IMG/VR virus record: IMGVR_UViG_3300028840_008160
Coordinates: 124,001-188,000 of that record
DNA: 64,000 nucleotides
Direction: 5' to 3' (one strand)
Made by a program: the position numbers and the translations under genes. Under the pieces are notes generated by a model. That model saw only the letters and a list, made by a program, of their open reading frames with translations. It was not told the DNA's origin and did no database searches. Below, piece after piece: positions 30,444 to 39,248 of the stretch (the stretch's first letter is position 1; each line of letters begins with the position of its first letter).

Positions 30444-30673
30444 ATGGGCATATGATGAGCGTACATGTACGCACGTTTTTGGTTGTAAACCAACTGATGG
30501 TGGTGGATGTTTTAAAGATGAAGTTGACGGTAAATGGTATGGTAATGTCGTTATTGAGGAACATAGCACTGTTTATGGTTTAGGACCGTATGATTCTATG
30601 CAACAGGCAAAAACAGATGTTGAATGTAAATATAACAATCTTAAACGGCATACTTTAATATAAGGAGGAAAAT

Positions 30674-31336
30674 ATGGACATAACAATAGATCTTGGTGAA
30701 TTCTCAAGATCAACAAGACGAGCTATTAGAAAAGCTTTGCAAAAACCACATTTATCGGACATGATAGATGATCAACAGGCTCAAACATTGTTAAAGTACT
30801 TAGCTATGACTATCAATGATGAATTGTCTGGCGATGTTATAGAAATGGGTTGCTGTTGGGGAGTTAGTGCTGTATATGAGCAAGCATTATTAAACGAAAT
30901 GGAATCAGATAAAAAATTGTATTTATATGATTCATTTGAAGGACTACCAGAAAAAATGCTGCAAGATGATAATGAAGTTGACATAAAATTTTATGAAGGA
31001 ATGATGAGAACAACTGTTGAAAAATTAAAAGACAATTTTAAAAAATGTGAGTTGCAAGAACCGAATGTGATAAAAGGCTGGTTTGATGAAATTCCAGAAA
31101 ATAAATTTCCAAAACAAGTATGTTTTGCATTTTTTGATTGTGATTTTTATACATCAATGAAAGATTGTTGGACAATTATTTATCCCAAATTAGTTAAGGG
31201 AGCTCGTGTTGTTGTACATGATTATAATTGGGAAGTTTTGCCCGGTGTAAAAATCGCATGCGATGAATTTCTTGCTGACAAGCCTGAAAAAATAGAAGAT
31301 TTAGGATGTCGGATGGGGCTTGTAATAAAAAAATAG
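30674..31336 (+). CDS. TylF/MycF/NovP-family O-methyltransferase
   Basis: YDSFEGLP, KGWF, DCDFY, HDY. Confidence 0.85.
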   Translation: MDITIDLGEFSRSTRRAIRKALQKPHLSDMIDDQQAQTLLKYLAMTINDELSGDVIEMGCCWGVSAVYEQALLNEMESDKKLYLYDSFEGLPEKMLQDDNEVDIKFYEGMMRTTVEKLKDNFKKCELQEPNVIKGWFDEIPENKFPKQVCFAFFDCDFYTSMKDCWTIIYPKLVKGARVVVHDYNWEVLPGVKIACDEFLADKPEKIEDLGCRMGLVIKK

Positions 31337-31340
31337 TTTT

Positions 31341-31437
31341 CTACGCATTTCAAAGTGATTATCTTTTTATCTATGGATTAAAACTGAATTAAAAAGAAAA
31401 AACCTTTCAATCTTCGTGTTTTTAAGGTATATTTATC
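31341..31437 (+). promoter_or_regulatory. Tandem promoter-like motifs heading tRNA operon 2
   Basis: ctacg-N9-gtgatta (31341-31361) and 29-bp near-copy of 20831-20859 at 31409-31437. Confidence 0.6.
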
Positions 31438-31460
31438 AGGAATTTAAACGGGATAGACTA

Positions 31461-31589
31461 ATGCAAACTCCAAGAATCCATACAGCTTCGCTTATAAAGC
31501 ATGTACATGCAGCTGTCATGGTCTTGTCCTCATTATCATGGCTACTCGAAGGAGAAGGTTATGATAAAACGAGGGCAGGTGGGGTTTGA
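31461..31589 (+). CDS. Attenuator leader peptide 2 (MQTPRIHTASLIKHVHAAVMVLSSLSWLLEGEGYDKTRAGGV)
   Basis: Contains cognate codons for 19 of 21 elongator anticodons in operon 2. Confidence 0.75.
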   Translation: MQTPRIHTASLIKHVHAAVMVLSSLSWLLEGEGYDKTRAGGV

Positions 31590-31654
31590 TGGAATAAACG
31601 AAACGATCTGAAAATCAAACCCCGCCGATCCAAAAGATCGACGGGGTTTTTTTT
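31578..31654 (+). terminator. Attenuator 2 antiterminator/terminator
   Basis: GGTGGGGTTTGAT (31578-31590) pairs with ATCAAACCCCGCC (31614-31626), the left arm of terminator 31617-31654. Confidence 0.8.
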
Positions 31655-31673
31655 GCTCTTGGGTGATAGTCAT

Positions 31674-31751
31674 GGTGATAGTAGCTCAGCTGGTTAGAGC
31701 ACTGGATTGTGGTTCCAGATGTCGGGGGTTCGAATCCCCTCTATCACCCCA
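31674..31751 (+). tRNA. tRNA-His(GTG)
   Basis: G-1:C73; ctgga-ttGTGgt-tccag. Confidence 0.93.
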
Positions 31752-31816
31752 AAGATTTTGATTGTGCTCTTTGACAGTCTCGGTAGTTGTTGCAAGCACA
31801 TTGTTGATGTAAACAA

Positions 31817-31900
31817 GCCGAAGTGGTGGAATTGGCAGACACGCTAGGTTCAGAGCTTAGTGAGAGCAATCTCATGCTGGTTCAAGTCCAGTCTTCGGCA
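31817..31900 (+). tRNA. tRNA-Leu(CAG)
   Basis: Type II cloverleaf. Confidence 0.9.
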
Positions 31901-31947
31901 TGACAATATACGATGTGGGAGTATTTTGGAAACTTCCACATCGTTCT

Positions 31948-32030
31948 GCGGTCGTGGTGGAATGGCAGACACGCTACTTTGAGGTGGTAGTGAGAGCAAT
32001 CTCGTGAAGGTTCAAGTCCTTTCGACCGCA
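31948..32030 (+). tRNA. tRNA-Leu(GAG)
   Basis: Type II cloverleaf. Confidence 0.9.
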
Positions 32031-32041
32031 TTAAATTTTGC

Positions 32042-32117
32042 GGAGACGTAGTTCAGTTGGTAGAACGCTGGATTGTCGATCCAGAGGCCGCGGGTTCAAA
32101 CCCCGTCGTTTCCGCCA
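32042..32117 (+). tRNA. tRNA-Asp(GTC)
   Basis: ctgga-ttGTCga-tccag; CCA. Confidence 0.9.
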
Positions 32118-32348
32118 AATTAAATTTGGTATGTAATGACAAGATGGGTTCGATTCCCATAACTTCTCTTCTAAAGAAGTGCTGGAAGCAATTTACTATG
32201 GATGTTATAGTAAAAATGAACGCGCGCAGGGTAATCGTAATTGATCCTATCATAGACGCGCATAAGAAACTGTTAGTCCAGTTTCATTGTAGAACTTAAT
32301 GATGGTACAAATGAAGTTACAGATGAAAATTATGATTATGGGATTTGC

Positions 32349-32423
32349 AGGCGTATAGCTCAATGGTAGAGCATTGGTCTCCAAAACCAACGGTTGCGGG
32401 TTCAAGTCCTGCTGCGCCTGCCA
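32349..32423 (+). tRNA. tRNA-Trp(CCA)
   Basis: ttggt-ctCCAaa-accaa; CCA end. Confidence 0.93.
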
Positions 32424-32581
32424 TTACTTGAAAGGTTCTAATGGTACAAATTGTAAGAGTTAAATGCAAAGAATGTAATCACAGATTTACACATGTTAAA
32501 GTAGATGAAGCAATGATTACATGTCCGATTTGTCAGTCAGATACGTTAATTGAACAAGTTTTTCATGAAATTAAAGTTTAA

Positions 32582-32657
32582 GCGGGCGTAGCTCAATTGA
32601 TAGAGTTCCACCCTTCCAAGGTGGCTGTTGTGGGTTTGAGTCCCATCGCCCGCTCCA
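32582..32657 (+). tRNA. tRNA-Gly(TCC)
   Basis: ccacc-ctTCCaa-ggtgg; CCA. Confidence 0.9.
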
Positions 32658-32661
32658 ATAT

Positions 32662-32748
32662 GGGTAGGCTGCGGAGACGGTGAGTCGCGGAAGACTGTAA
32701 ATCTTCTCCCTTCGGGGTGTGGGGGTTCGAATCCCTCCCTGCCCACCA
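32662..32748 (+). tRNA. tRNA-Tyr(GTA)
   Basis: gaaga-ctGTAaa-tcttc; long variable arm. Confidence 0.92.
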
Positions 32749-32754
32749 TTTTTT

Positions 32755-32828
32755 GGTCCGGTAGTGTAGTTGGTTAACACGGTACTCTCTCAAGGTACAG
32801 ATCACGAGTTCGATCCTCGTCCGGACTA
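32755..32828 (+). tRNA. tRNA-Glu(CTC)
   Basis: gtact-ctCTCaa-ggtac. Confidence 0.88.
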
Positions 32829-32880
32829 TTGCTTATGACAACAGATTTAATCGTCTGTTGACAGTTCGTTTTTCTAAAAC

Positions 32881-32954
32881 GGCCCGGTAGTGTAGCTGGT
32901 TAACACAACGCCCTTTCAAGGCGTAGATCGCGCGTTCAAGCCGCGTCCGGGCTA
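32881..32954 (+). tRNA. tRNA-Glu(TTC)
   Basis: acgcc-ctTTCaa-ggcgt. Confidence 0.9.
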
Positions 32955-33184
32955 TTTTAGGAGGATGAATGATATTTCTAAACTATCTAAATTGTGGAAT
33001 TGTTCGCATACACAAGTTAGACGATATTTACGAGATAATGATATGACATTTAACATGTTGAAGAAATGAATGCTGTATTCAACGTTATTTTGAATGCAGA
33101 GACGCGGAGTTCGATTCTCCCATGGGCTACCAACATTTAACAAAGGAGGAAAATATGACTTAACATCTTAACAGGAGTTAAGTT

Positions 33185-33439
33185 ATGTCAAGATCGTATC
33201 GAAAGCCCTGGTGCGTTGATGGTTACGGAACGAAAGGTAAGAAAATTAGCAAACGATTTGCTAATAAGACTGTTCGTAATGCTGATGATGTTCCAAATGG
33301 AAAAGCATATCGAAAATATTTTGAATCGTGGAACATTTCTGATTACAGATTTTTTATGGACAGTGAACCTTACTTTTCAAGAATTACTTTACAGTGGGAA
33401 GAACCACTGACACCTACGTGGAAGGCGCGTAGAAAGTGA
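33185..33439 (+). CDS. Small basic hypothetical protein
   Basis: SD AGGAG; MSRSYRKP...WKARRK. Confidence 0.65.
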   Translation: MSRSYRKPWCVDGYGTKGKKISKRFANKTVRNADDVPNGKAYRKYFESWNISDYRFFMDSEPYFSRITLQWEEPLTPTWKARRK

Positions 33440-33444
33440 AGTTT

Positions 33445-33518
33445 GCGGTAGTCGCATAGTGGCCAATTGCGCCACGTTGCCAACGTGGATGTCGGGAGTT
33501 CGAATCTCCCCTACCGCA
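33445..33518 (+). tRNA. tRNA-Gly(GCC)
   Basis: ccacg-ttGCCaa-cgtgg. Confidence 0.88.
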
Positions 33519-33535
33519 TTTATTTTGAAAATAAA

Positions 33536-33687
33536 AGGAAGTGGTGCTCTAGAATAAGACTTCAGAAAATCTTTTTACAGGTTCGAGTCCTGTTCTCCCC
33601 GCTATTATGGGGAGATAGCCAAATTGGTAAGGCAAAAGATCGCTAATCTTTGATAATTTTCATGGTTTTATTCACTTTCACCCTTTC
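33536..33687 (+). ncRNA. Y-RNA-like RNA 2 with circularly permuted tRNA-like domain (YrlA-like layout)
   Basis: Same closing stem as 20876; interior order T-arm, loop-closed acceptor stem (TCTCCCC/GGGGAGA), D-arm. Confidence 0.7.
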
Positions 33688-33694
33688 TTTTTAT

Positions 33695-33771
33695 GGGCGC
33701 ATAACTCAGCGGTACAGAGTACCTGCCTTACAAGCAGGAGGTCGTAGGTTCAAATCCTACTGTGCCCACCA
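33695..33771 (+). tRNA. tRNA-Val(TAC)
   Basis: cctgc-ctTACaa-gcagg; CCA. Confidence 0.93.
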
Positions 33772-33778
33772 TATTTAT

Positions 33779-33851
33779 CGCGGGGTGTAGCAGTTGGTAG
33801 CTTGTTGGGCTCATAACCCAACGGTCGTCGGTTCGAGTCCGACCCCCGCTA
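33779..33851 (+). tRNA. tRNA-fMet(CAT)
   Basis: CGCGGGG start, 1:72 mismatch, GGG/CCC in anticodon stem. Confidence 0.9.
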
Positions 33852-33921
33852 TTTACGCAGACTTAGATGGCCGGAGTCACTGCCCCTAGGGTATGTAAGG
33901 CCGCATCGACAGTCTGCAAAT

Positions 33922-33957
33922 GCCAGTGTGGCGGAATGGTAGACGCGCTAGTTCTAA
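33922..33957 (+). pseudogene. 5' half of a tRNA-Leu truncated next to endonuclease gene
   Basis: GCCAGTG-TG-GCGGAATGGTAGACGC-GCTAG then no 3' half. Confidence 0.65.
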
Positions 33958-33995
33958 TCTTTTGATATGAGAGTTTCTAATAAAAGGAAGTTCTC

Positions 33996-34748
33996 GTGTA
34001 CAAATGTGAAATATGTGGTAGAAAATTTGAAAAAGCTCAGCAAAAAGGTGGCCATGTTTATTATTGTCGTGCAAAACGTGATGGTATAGATTTACGGCCT
34101 GGCGACAGATTTGCTAAAGGTCGCGGCTGGGCGAAAGGTTTAACAAAAGATACTCATTCTGGTTTGATGAACATGTCAAGGCGGCATTCTGGACGGTTAA
34201 AGGGAAGGACTGATACACCTTATACAACTTGGCGAAAAGATAAAGAAAAAAGTAGAAAAGCAAACTTAAAATTATCAATTACACGAAAACGATTATTTGC
34301 TGACGGCAAATTAACAGTACCTGTTGCTAGCAAACGAGGACAATCGTCAATTTTTATTTATAATAGTAATAGGTATCATTTTCGTAGTAGATACGAGTTT
34401 GTTTTTGCGTTGTTTCTAGCGCACAAAAATATCATATTTAATTATGAAAATGTTCGTGTTGAATACAATAGTATAACAAGAATTTGTGATTTTGAAGTAA
34501 ATGGCAAACTTTACGAAATAAAAGGCTATCATTCTGATAAAGATATAATTGTGAAAAATACATTTACAACTTCAGGATTTGATGTTAAGTTTGTTTATAG
34601 ACCGTTTATCAAATTGGCTAGAAAGTATTTACATCGTCGCGGTTATGACATAAAACATTTGCTAGAACAAATTAAACAATATAGAGATCAAAATCGTATT
34701 TTTGAATTTGAATTTTGCCACAGTGGAGAAATTGGTATACTCGCATGA
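33996..34748 (+). CDS. Putative homing endonuclease (Zn finger + PD-(D/E)XK)
   Basis: CEIC, FRSRYE, CDF...YEIKG; ends inside tRNA-Leu(TAG). Confidence 0.7.
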   Translation: MYKCEICGRKFEKAQQKGGHVYYCRAKRDGIDLRPGDRFAKGRGWAKGLTKDTHSGLMNMSRRHSGRLKGRTDTPYTTWRKDKEKSRKANLKLSITRKRLFADGKLTVPVASKRGQSSIFIYNSNRYHFRSRYEFVFALFLAHKNIIFNYENVRVEYNSITRICDFEVNGKLYEIKGYHSDKDIIVKNTFTTSGFDVKFVYRPFIKLARKYLHRRGYDIKHLLEQIKQYRDQNRIFEFEFCHSGEIGILA

Positions 34749-34799
34749 TTTAGGGTCATGTGCATTTTATGCATAAGGGTTCGAGTCCCTTCTGTGGCA
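34717..34799 (+). tRNA. tRNA-Leu(TAG)
   Basis: catga-ttTAGgg-tcatg; type II. Confidence 0.85.
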
Positions 34800-34885
34800 T
34801 TTAAGGAGGAATGAAATGAGAGTTAAGCTATGTCCTACACAAGTTTTTGATGGCCGAATATGCATGACAAATCAATGTTATGTAT

Positions 34886-34958
34886 AGGGGCATAGCTCAG
34901 GGGTTAGAGCGACGGCCTTAAGCCGTGTCTGTCGTGGGTTCAATTCCCACTGCCCTCA
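34886..34958 (+). tRNA. tRNA-like RNA with 5-nt anticodon loop (CTTAA)
   Basis: Normal D and T arms; acggc-cttaa-gccgt. Confidence 0.6.
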
Positions 34959-35008
34959 TTGTGAAAACTATGAAATCAATAGCATACAATTCTCTAAAAG
35001 GAGATTGT

Positions 35009-35332
35009 ATGAATGAAAAAGACGATGATCTTCGACCAGCGACTAATGATGAAATGATACAACATGCTAAAGAGCTTATTGATAGCTGCGAAACTGAAGA
35101 TGATTATAAAAAAATGGAAAACTTTATGGGTTGTGCAATTATCATTGCAGCTGCAAATCTAGAAGTAAGAGAAGGCGTTGAACAACTTCTTGAGAATAAA
35201 GCTAAAGAATTTGGTTTGAAATATAAACGAATGAGTAGATTTTTTCTTAAACAAAGTGACAAGAAAATCTTAGCTTTAGCAAAAAAGATTGTTAGAATGG
35301 TTTACAAAAAAGTATTGGCAGAAAACATATAA
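35009..35332 (+). CDS. Hypothetical protein
   Basis: SD AGGAG before ATG 35009. Confidence 0.55.
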   Translation: MNEKDDDLRPATNDEMIQHAKELIDSCETEDDYKKMENFMGCAIIIAAANLEVREGVEQLLENKAKEFGLKYKRMSRFFLKQSDKKILALAKKIVRMVYKKVLAENI

Positions 35333-35415
35333 GCCCAGGTGGTGGAATGGCAGACACTGAAGACTTAAAATCTTCTGGGATTTATCCCGTACCGGTTCGA
35401 ATCCGGTCCTGGGCA
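35333..35415 (+). tRNA. tRNA-Leu(TAA)
   Basis: gaaga-ctTAAaa-tcttc; type II. Confidence 0.92.
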
Positions 35416-35423
35416 TTTAGATT

Positions 35424-35942
35424 ATGTCTAAGATTGTGATTAATAGACATGAGCTTAAAAAAGCTGTTGTGCAGTCTAGAACATACAAAGATGTTTTTCG
35501 GCATCTTTGTATTACTGGAACAGGACATCATTATCGTATAGTTAAACGATTAGTAAAGCAGAGTGGTTTGAGCATTGATCATTTTGTTGGTCGAGGATGG
35601 AATAAAGGACTGAAGCTTAAAGGGATTAGACAAAAACCATTAAATGAAATTTTAATTGAAAATTCAACATATACAAATACGAATAGACTTCGTAAGAGAC
35701 TTATTGATGAAGGTATTTTCGAACAAAAATGTAACAATTGTAAACGAACAAAGTGGTGTAATAAGCAAATACCTTTAGAATTAGAACATAAGAATGGAAT
35801 TAAGCATGATTTTAGAATAGAGAATTTAGAACTTTTATGTCCTAATTGTCATGCTCAAACACGATTTTATCGCGGGCGAAATATGAAAAGTGCGAGAAAG
35901 AAAAATGAAGCACATCTGGTTGTTTTTCTATCATGTGTTTAG
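35424..35942 (+). CDS. HNH endonuclease
   Basis: CNNC...LELEHKNG...N.ELLCPNCH. Confidence 0.85.
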   Translation: MSKIVINRHELKKAVVQSRTYKDVFRHLCITGTGHHYRIVKRLVKQSGLSIDHFVGRGWNKGLKLKGIRQKPLNEILIENSTYTNTNRLRKRLIDEGIFEQKCNNCKRTKWCNKQIPLELEHKNGIKHDFRIENLELLCPNCHAQTRFYRGRNMKSARKKNEAHLVVFLSCV

Positions 35943-36010
35943 TGTTGTAGAAGTTATATTACTAATGCCTGCAATTTTTGTTGAGCTGGCATTTACTAGA
36001 AGATTTTTAT

Positions 36011-36084
36011 CGCGGGGTAGAGCAGTCTGGTAGCTCGTTAGGCTCATAACCTAAAGGTCGGCGGTTCAAATCCGCTCCCCGCTA
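36011..36084 (+). tRNA. tRNA-fMet(CAT)
   Basis: CGCGGGG start, 1:72 mismatch, ctCATaa loop. Confidence 0.88.
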
Positions 36085-36088
36085 TTTT

Positions 36089-36164
36089 GCCTCCTTAGCT
36101 CAGTTGGTAGAGCAACTGACTCTTAATCAGTAGGTCGTAGGTTCGATCCCTACAGGGGGTACCA
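36089..36164 (+). tRNA. tRNA-Lys(CTT)
   Basis: actga-ctCTTaa-tcagt; CCA. Confidence 0.93.
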
Positions 36165-36165
36165 A

Positions 36166-36339
36166 TTTACTTGACATTCAGCGAGCCTATTACGCTGGAG
36201 TCTTTAAGGTTTGCATGAGGATAACCGTAATTGGCCTCAATTGAAATGCATAAGCCTGACTGCGAGAGAGTAGGCGGGATCGGTAAAAGTCCGGGGAAGT
36301 ATCTGTGGAAGGTTGCCCTTAAATTCAATGTCAAGTAGG
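36166..36339 (+). ncRNA. Unclassified structured RNA
   Basis: Ends pair (TACTTGACATT/AATGTCAAGTA); GC-richer interior; fills the gap between two tRNAs. Confidence 0.5.
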
Positions 36340-36340
36340 T

Positions 36341-36413
36341 GCGATAGTAACTCAGTTAGTAGAGTATCTGCTTCCCAAGCAGAATGTCGCGGGTTCGAGT
36401 CCCGCCTATCGCT
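36341..36413 (+). tRNA. tRNA-Gly(CCC)
   Basis: tctgc-ttCCCaa-gcaga. Confidence 0.88.
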
Positions 36414-36429
36414 TATTTTGAAAGGAGAG

Positions 36430-36669
36430 ATGATGGGATATGCGATTTTAGGGAAACACAGTATCACTTGTTTTAGAGGCGGAACACCTTTAGCAAATAT
36501 GAAAATGAAGGTGAAAGACAGAAAAAATAACGAGTGGTATTGTAAATGTTCAGAAGAAGAATTCAATCGCTATCCTGATTCTCGATCTGTTGAAGTATAT
36601 GATAATAAAGGACGTTTAGCAAAGAAGTTTCTTAAAGGATTTTTGACAATTGTTGAAATGCGCTCATAG
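36430..36669 (+). CDS. Hypothetical protein
   Basis: SD AAGGAG before ATG 36430. Confidence 0.5.
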   Translation: MMGYAILGKHSITCFRGGTPLANMKMKVKDRKNNEWYCKCSEEEFNRYPDSRSVEVYDNKGRLAKKFLKGFLTIVEMRS

Positions 36670-36732
36670 CTCAATTGGTAGAGCAATGCCCTTTTAAGGC
36701 ATGGGTTTCAGGTTCAAGTCCTGATGGGCGTA
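36660..36732 (+). tRNA. tRNA-Lys(TTT)
   Basis: atgcc-ctTTTaa-ggcat. Confidence 0.9.
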
Positions 36733-36845
36733 TTTAGACTTAAATGATCTCATTTGATATAATTTGGAGGTGCAGAATGTTTAACAAACGGTACAAACGA
36801 AAACGAAAGACATTCTGCCCGTAGTCGTGATGGCTACGGGCTTAT

Positions 36846-36927
36846 GGGCTCGTGGCCAAGTGGTAGCCGAAAGGCGAAGGCAACGGACTTAATCCGTGGA
36901 TCGGGGGTTCGAATCCCTCCGGGCCCA
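36846..36927 (+). tRNA. tRNA-like RNA with 5-nt anticodon loop (CTTAA) and D-loop hairpin insert
   Basis: acgga-cttaa-tccgt; GCC-GAAA-GGC inserted in D loop. Confidence 0.6.
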
Positions 36928-36948
36928 TTAACTTTGGAAAGATTCATA

Positions 36949-37395
36949 ATGGATAAACCGATATTAGGCTTTTTTGGTGAGTACAGGTTCCTTTCAAATT
37001 TTCATTTATGCGAGATTGTTTACAAAGGAATAACATTTCCTAGTACTGAACACGCGTTTCAAGCTGATAAGGCTACAAATGAAGAATTAAGACAATATAT
37101 TGCTGATCTACCTACATGTAGAGCAGCGAAAAAGGCAGGCGGAACAATTGACCTTCGTGCTCATTGGGAAACTGATAAGATTCAAGTAATGATCGACATT
37201 ACTAGAATAAAATATCAGATACCAGAACTTAAAGAAAAATTACTTGCTACTGGGCAAGCATATTTAGAAGAAACAAACACATGGAATGATAAATTTTGGG
37301 GTGTTTGTAATGGTGTTGGACAAAATCAACTCGGTAAGACATTAATGCAAGTGCGATATGAATTAAGATGGATTGGTCAAGACAAATATACTTGA
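36949..37395 (+). CDS. NADAR-family (YbiA-like) protein
   Basis: FLSNF, STEHAFQA.K, LLATG, D.FWG, G.NQLGK.LM.VR. Confidence 0.9.
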   Translation: MDKPILGFFGEYRFLSNFHLCEIVYKGITFPSTEHAFQADKATNEELRQYIADLPTCRAAKKAGGTIDLRAHWETDKIQVMIDITRIKYQIPELKEKLLATGQAYLEETNTWNDKFWGVCNGVGQNQLGKTLMQVRYELRWIGQDKYT

Positions 37396-37582
37396 AAAAA
37401 TGCGTATATGAATCAGAAAGTTTGGAATGTACAAGCTCGCAGAGGTGGTCCATATTGCGAACATTTTAGATGTCCAAGAATCAAGAGAAAGACGGGCAAA
37501 TGTGACGGAAAATGCAGTAAACATGGAACAACAAGCGCTAGAATTGGAATAAAACGAGCTAGACAACATATGAAACAGATAA

Positions 37583-37668
37583 GCCGGGATGGTGGAACGG
37601 CAGACACAACGGACTCAAAATCCGTCGAAGGCAACTTCATGAGGGTTCAAGTCCCTCTCCCGGCACCA
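37583..37668 (+). tRNA. tRNA-Leu(CAA)
   Basis: acgga-ctCAAaa-tccgt; type II; CCA. Confidence 0.93.
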
Positions 37669-37676
37669 TTTTAATT

Positions 37677-38090
37677 ATGAATCTTACGTCAACACCAGTA
37701 AGACGAAAAAATTATTTTGTTGAAGCATTACAGCAAAGCGCTTTACCAGAGCCATTTGCTTTACCAGAGCCATTTGTTACATACAACGACATTCATAATT
37801 TTTTTCGCAAACGAGGATTTAATAATGTACGAATTGAACCTGGTGATTTTGGTAGGATTGATATTTATATAAAAGAGTATTGGTTTAATTTAAATAAGTT
37901 GTTAAAACAAGTTGATGAAGTAAAACTTGTTGGCATATTAGTTTCGTTGCACAGACCAACATTTTGGCAATGGTTAATGACAATAAAAATTGTTAGAGTT
38001 TGTCGATATAAGTTGATAAAAATTGGTCGTCGATATAGAAAAAGATCAAGACCAATTGTTTCAAAATTCGATGTAATAACGGAGGATTAG
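37677..38090 (+). CDS. Hypothetical protein
   Basis: ORF track; tandem ALPEPF duplication. Confidence 0.5.
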   Translation: MNLTSTPVRRKNYFVEALQQSALPEPFALPEPFVTYNDIHNFFRKRGFNNVRIEPGDFGRIDIYIKEYWFNLNKLLKQVDEVKLVGILVSLHRPTFWQWLMTIKIVRVCRYKLIKIGRRYRKRSRPIVSKFDVITED

Positions 38091-38166
38091 GATAACGGTA
38101 ATCAAAAAACAACATATAAAATGGAAGATAGGAAAAAGTAGCGTTAGACGATTTTTAAAAGTTTAT

Positions 38167-38258
38167 GGAGGAGTGCCGGAGTCTGGTTTATCGGAGCAGT
38201 CTTGAAAACTGTCGGTCGTTCACACGGCCCGTAGGTTCAAATCCTACCTCCTCCGCCA
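38167..38258 (+). tRNA. tRNA-Ser(TGA)
   Basis: gcagt-ctTGAaa-actgt; long variable arm; CCA. Confidence 0.93.
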
Positions 38259-38279
38259 TATCTTTGCTAGTAAGAAGTC

Positions 38280-38651
38280 TTGTATGATTTAAAAGGAGAT
38301 GATAGATTGAGAGTTTTAGTGTTAGATGATTCAAAGATTAGATTAATTCAATTCAGACAGAATTTGATTGGTCACAATGTCAGGTGTGTTACAACTGTTA
38401 GAGAGACGATTGATTCTTTGGCAGATGAAGACTGGGATTATTTGTTTTTGGATCATGATCTTGGTGGTCAAGTTAATGTACCATCGGGTCCAGGTACAGG
38501 ATATGAAGTCGCTCAATGGCTAGTTGAACATCCTGATAGACAACCTGAACACATTGTTCTTCATAGTTTTAATGAAAATGGACGAAAGAACATGCAATCA
38601 TTGCTTCCTGAAGCTATGATGTGTCCTGGTGCATGGACAAAAATAAGGTAG
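38280..38651 (+). CDS. Cyclic-phosphate-processing receiver-domain protein
   Basis: VLDD, LFLDHDLG, GYEVA.WL, VLHS.N..G. Confidence 0.75.
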   Translation: MYDLKGDDRLRVLVLDDSKIRLIQFRQNLIGHNVRCVTTVRETIDSLADEDWDYLFLDHDLGGQVNVPSGPGTGYEVAQWLVEHPDRQPEHIVLHSFNENGRKNMQSLLPEAMMCPGAWTKIR

Positions 38652-38732
38652 GTTAGGATAATTGGTAATCCAGCAGTTTCGAAAACTGCCGACCGCAAGG
38701 TCTTGGGGGTTCAAATCCCTCACCTACCGCCA
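38647..38732 (+). tRNA. tRNA-Ser(CGA)
   Basis: gcagt-ttCGAaa-actgc; CCA. Confidence 0.92.
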
Positions 38733-38737
38733 AAATT

Positions 38738-39028
38738 ATGGACGAGCCAGAGTTTAAACAGTTTAAAGAACAGCTTGATCACTTAGATCAAGAAATAATG
38801 ATGGGTACTGTTAAATCTGTTTTGTTTGTTGACGGCCCAAAAGCAGGAGAAACATTGTTGATGAATTGGAAAGATGGTAAGCCTTGTCATCTGAAAATGT
38901 TTATGATTGTGCCCAGAATGTTTAAATTATCTGAGCCAGTAAAAAAAGCTGAATATGAATGGAATATTGATGACGAAGTGTTTGAATTTACAGGACGAAC
39001 AAAAGTTGATTTTGCAAGGGATTTATGA
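38738..39028 (+). CDS. Hypothetical protein
   Basis: ORF track. Confidence 0.5.
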   Translation: MDEPEFKQFKEQLDHLDQEIMMGTVKSVLFVDGPKAGETLLMNWKDGKPCHLKMFMIVPRMFKLSEPVKKAEYEWNIDDEVFEFTGRTKVDFARDL

Positions 39029-39248
39029 ATGGAAGGTATAGAACAATTAACAACTGCATTTGCTGAAATTGAAAAACACGAACTCAAAGTGAATACTATT
39101 ATTTGTACAGCTTGTGGTTGTGTTTTATCTGTTAATGATGATAATAAACCATGTGAACATCTTAGAGAATTAGGGAAAGCGTTTGAATTAAAAGATTGAA
39201 TTATTAAAACAAGGAAAAACAATTGTCTCAAAAGAGCCAGGTAATTCA

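Noticed and set aside
33095-33133. T-arm-plus-CCA fragment (and T-arm-like stretch near 32143-32160) as a tRNA or two-piece tmRNA
   Set aside because: No matching 5' half found; treated as decayed tRNA remnants
36248-36268. Short resemblance of GCATAAGCCTGACTGCGAG to 23S rRNA or a ribozyme core
   Set aside because: Too short, and no surrounding consensus could be built
37740-37776. 18-bp tandem duplication (ALPEPF x2)
   Set aside because: Simple in-frame slippage duplication of two units, not an array
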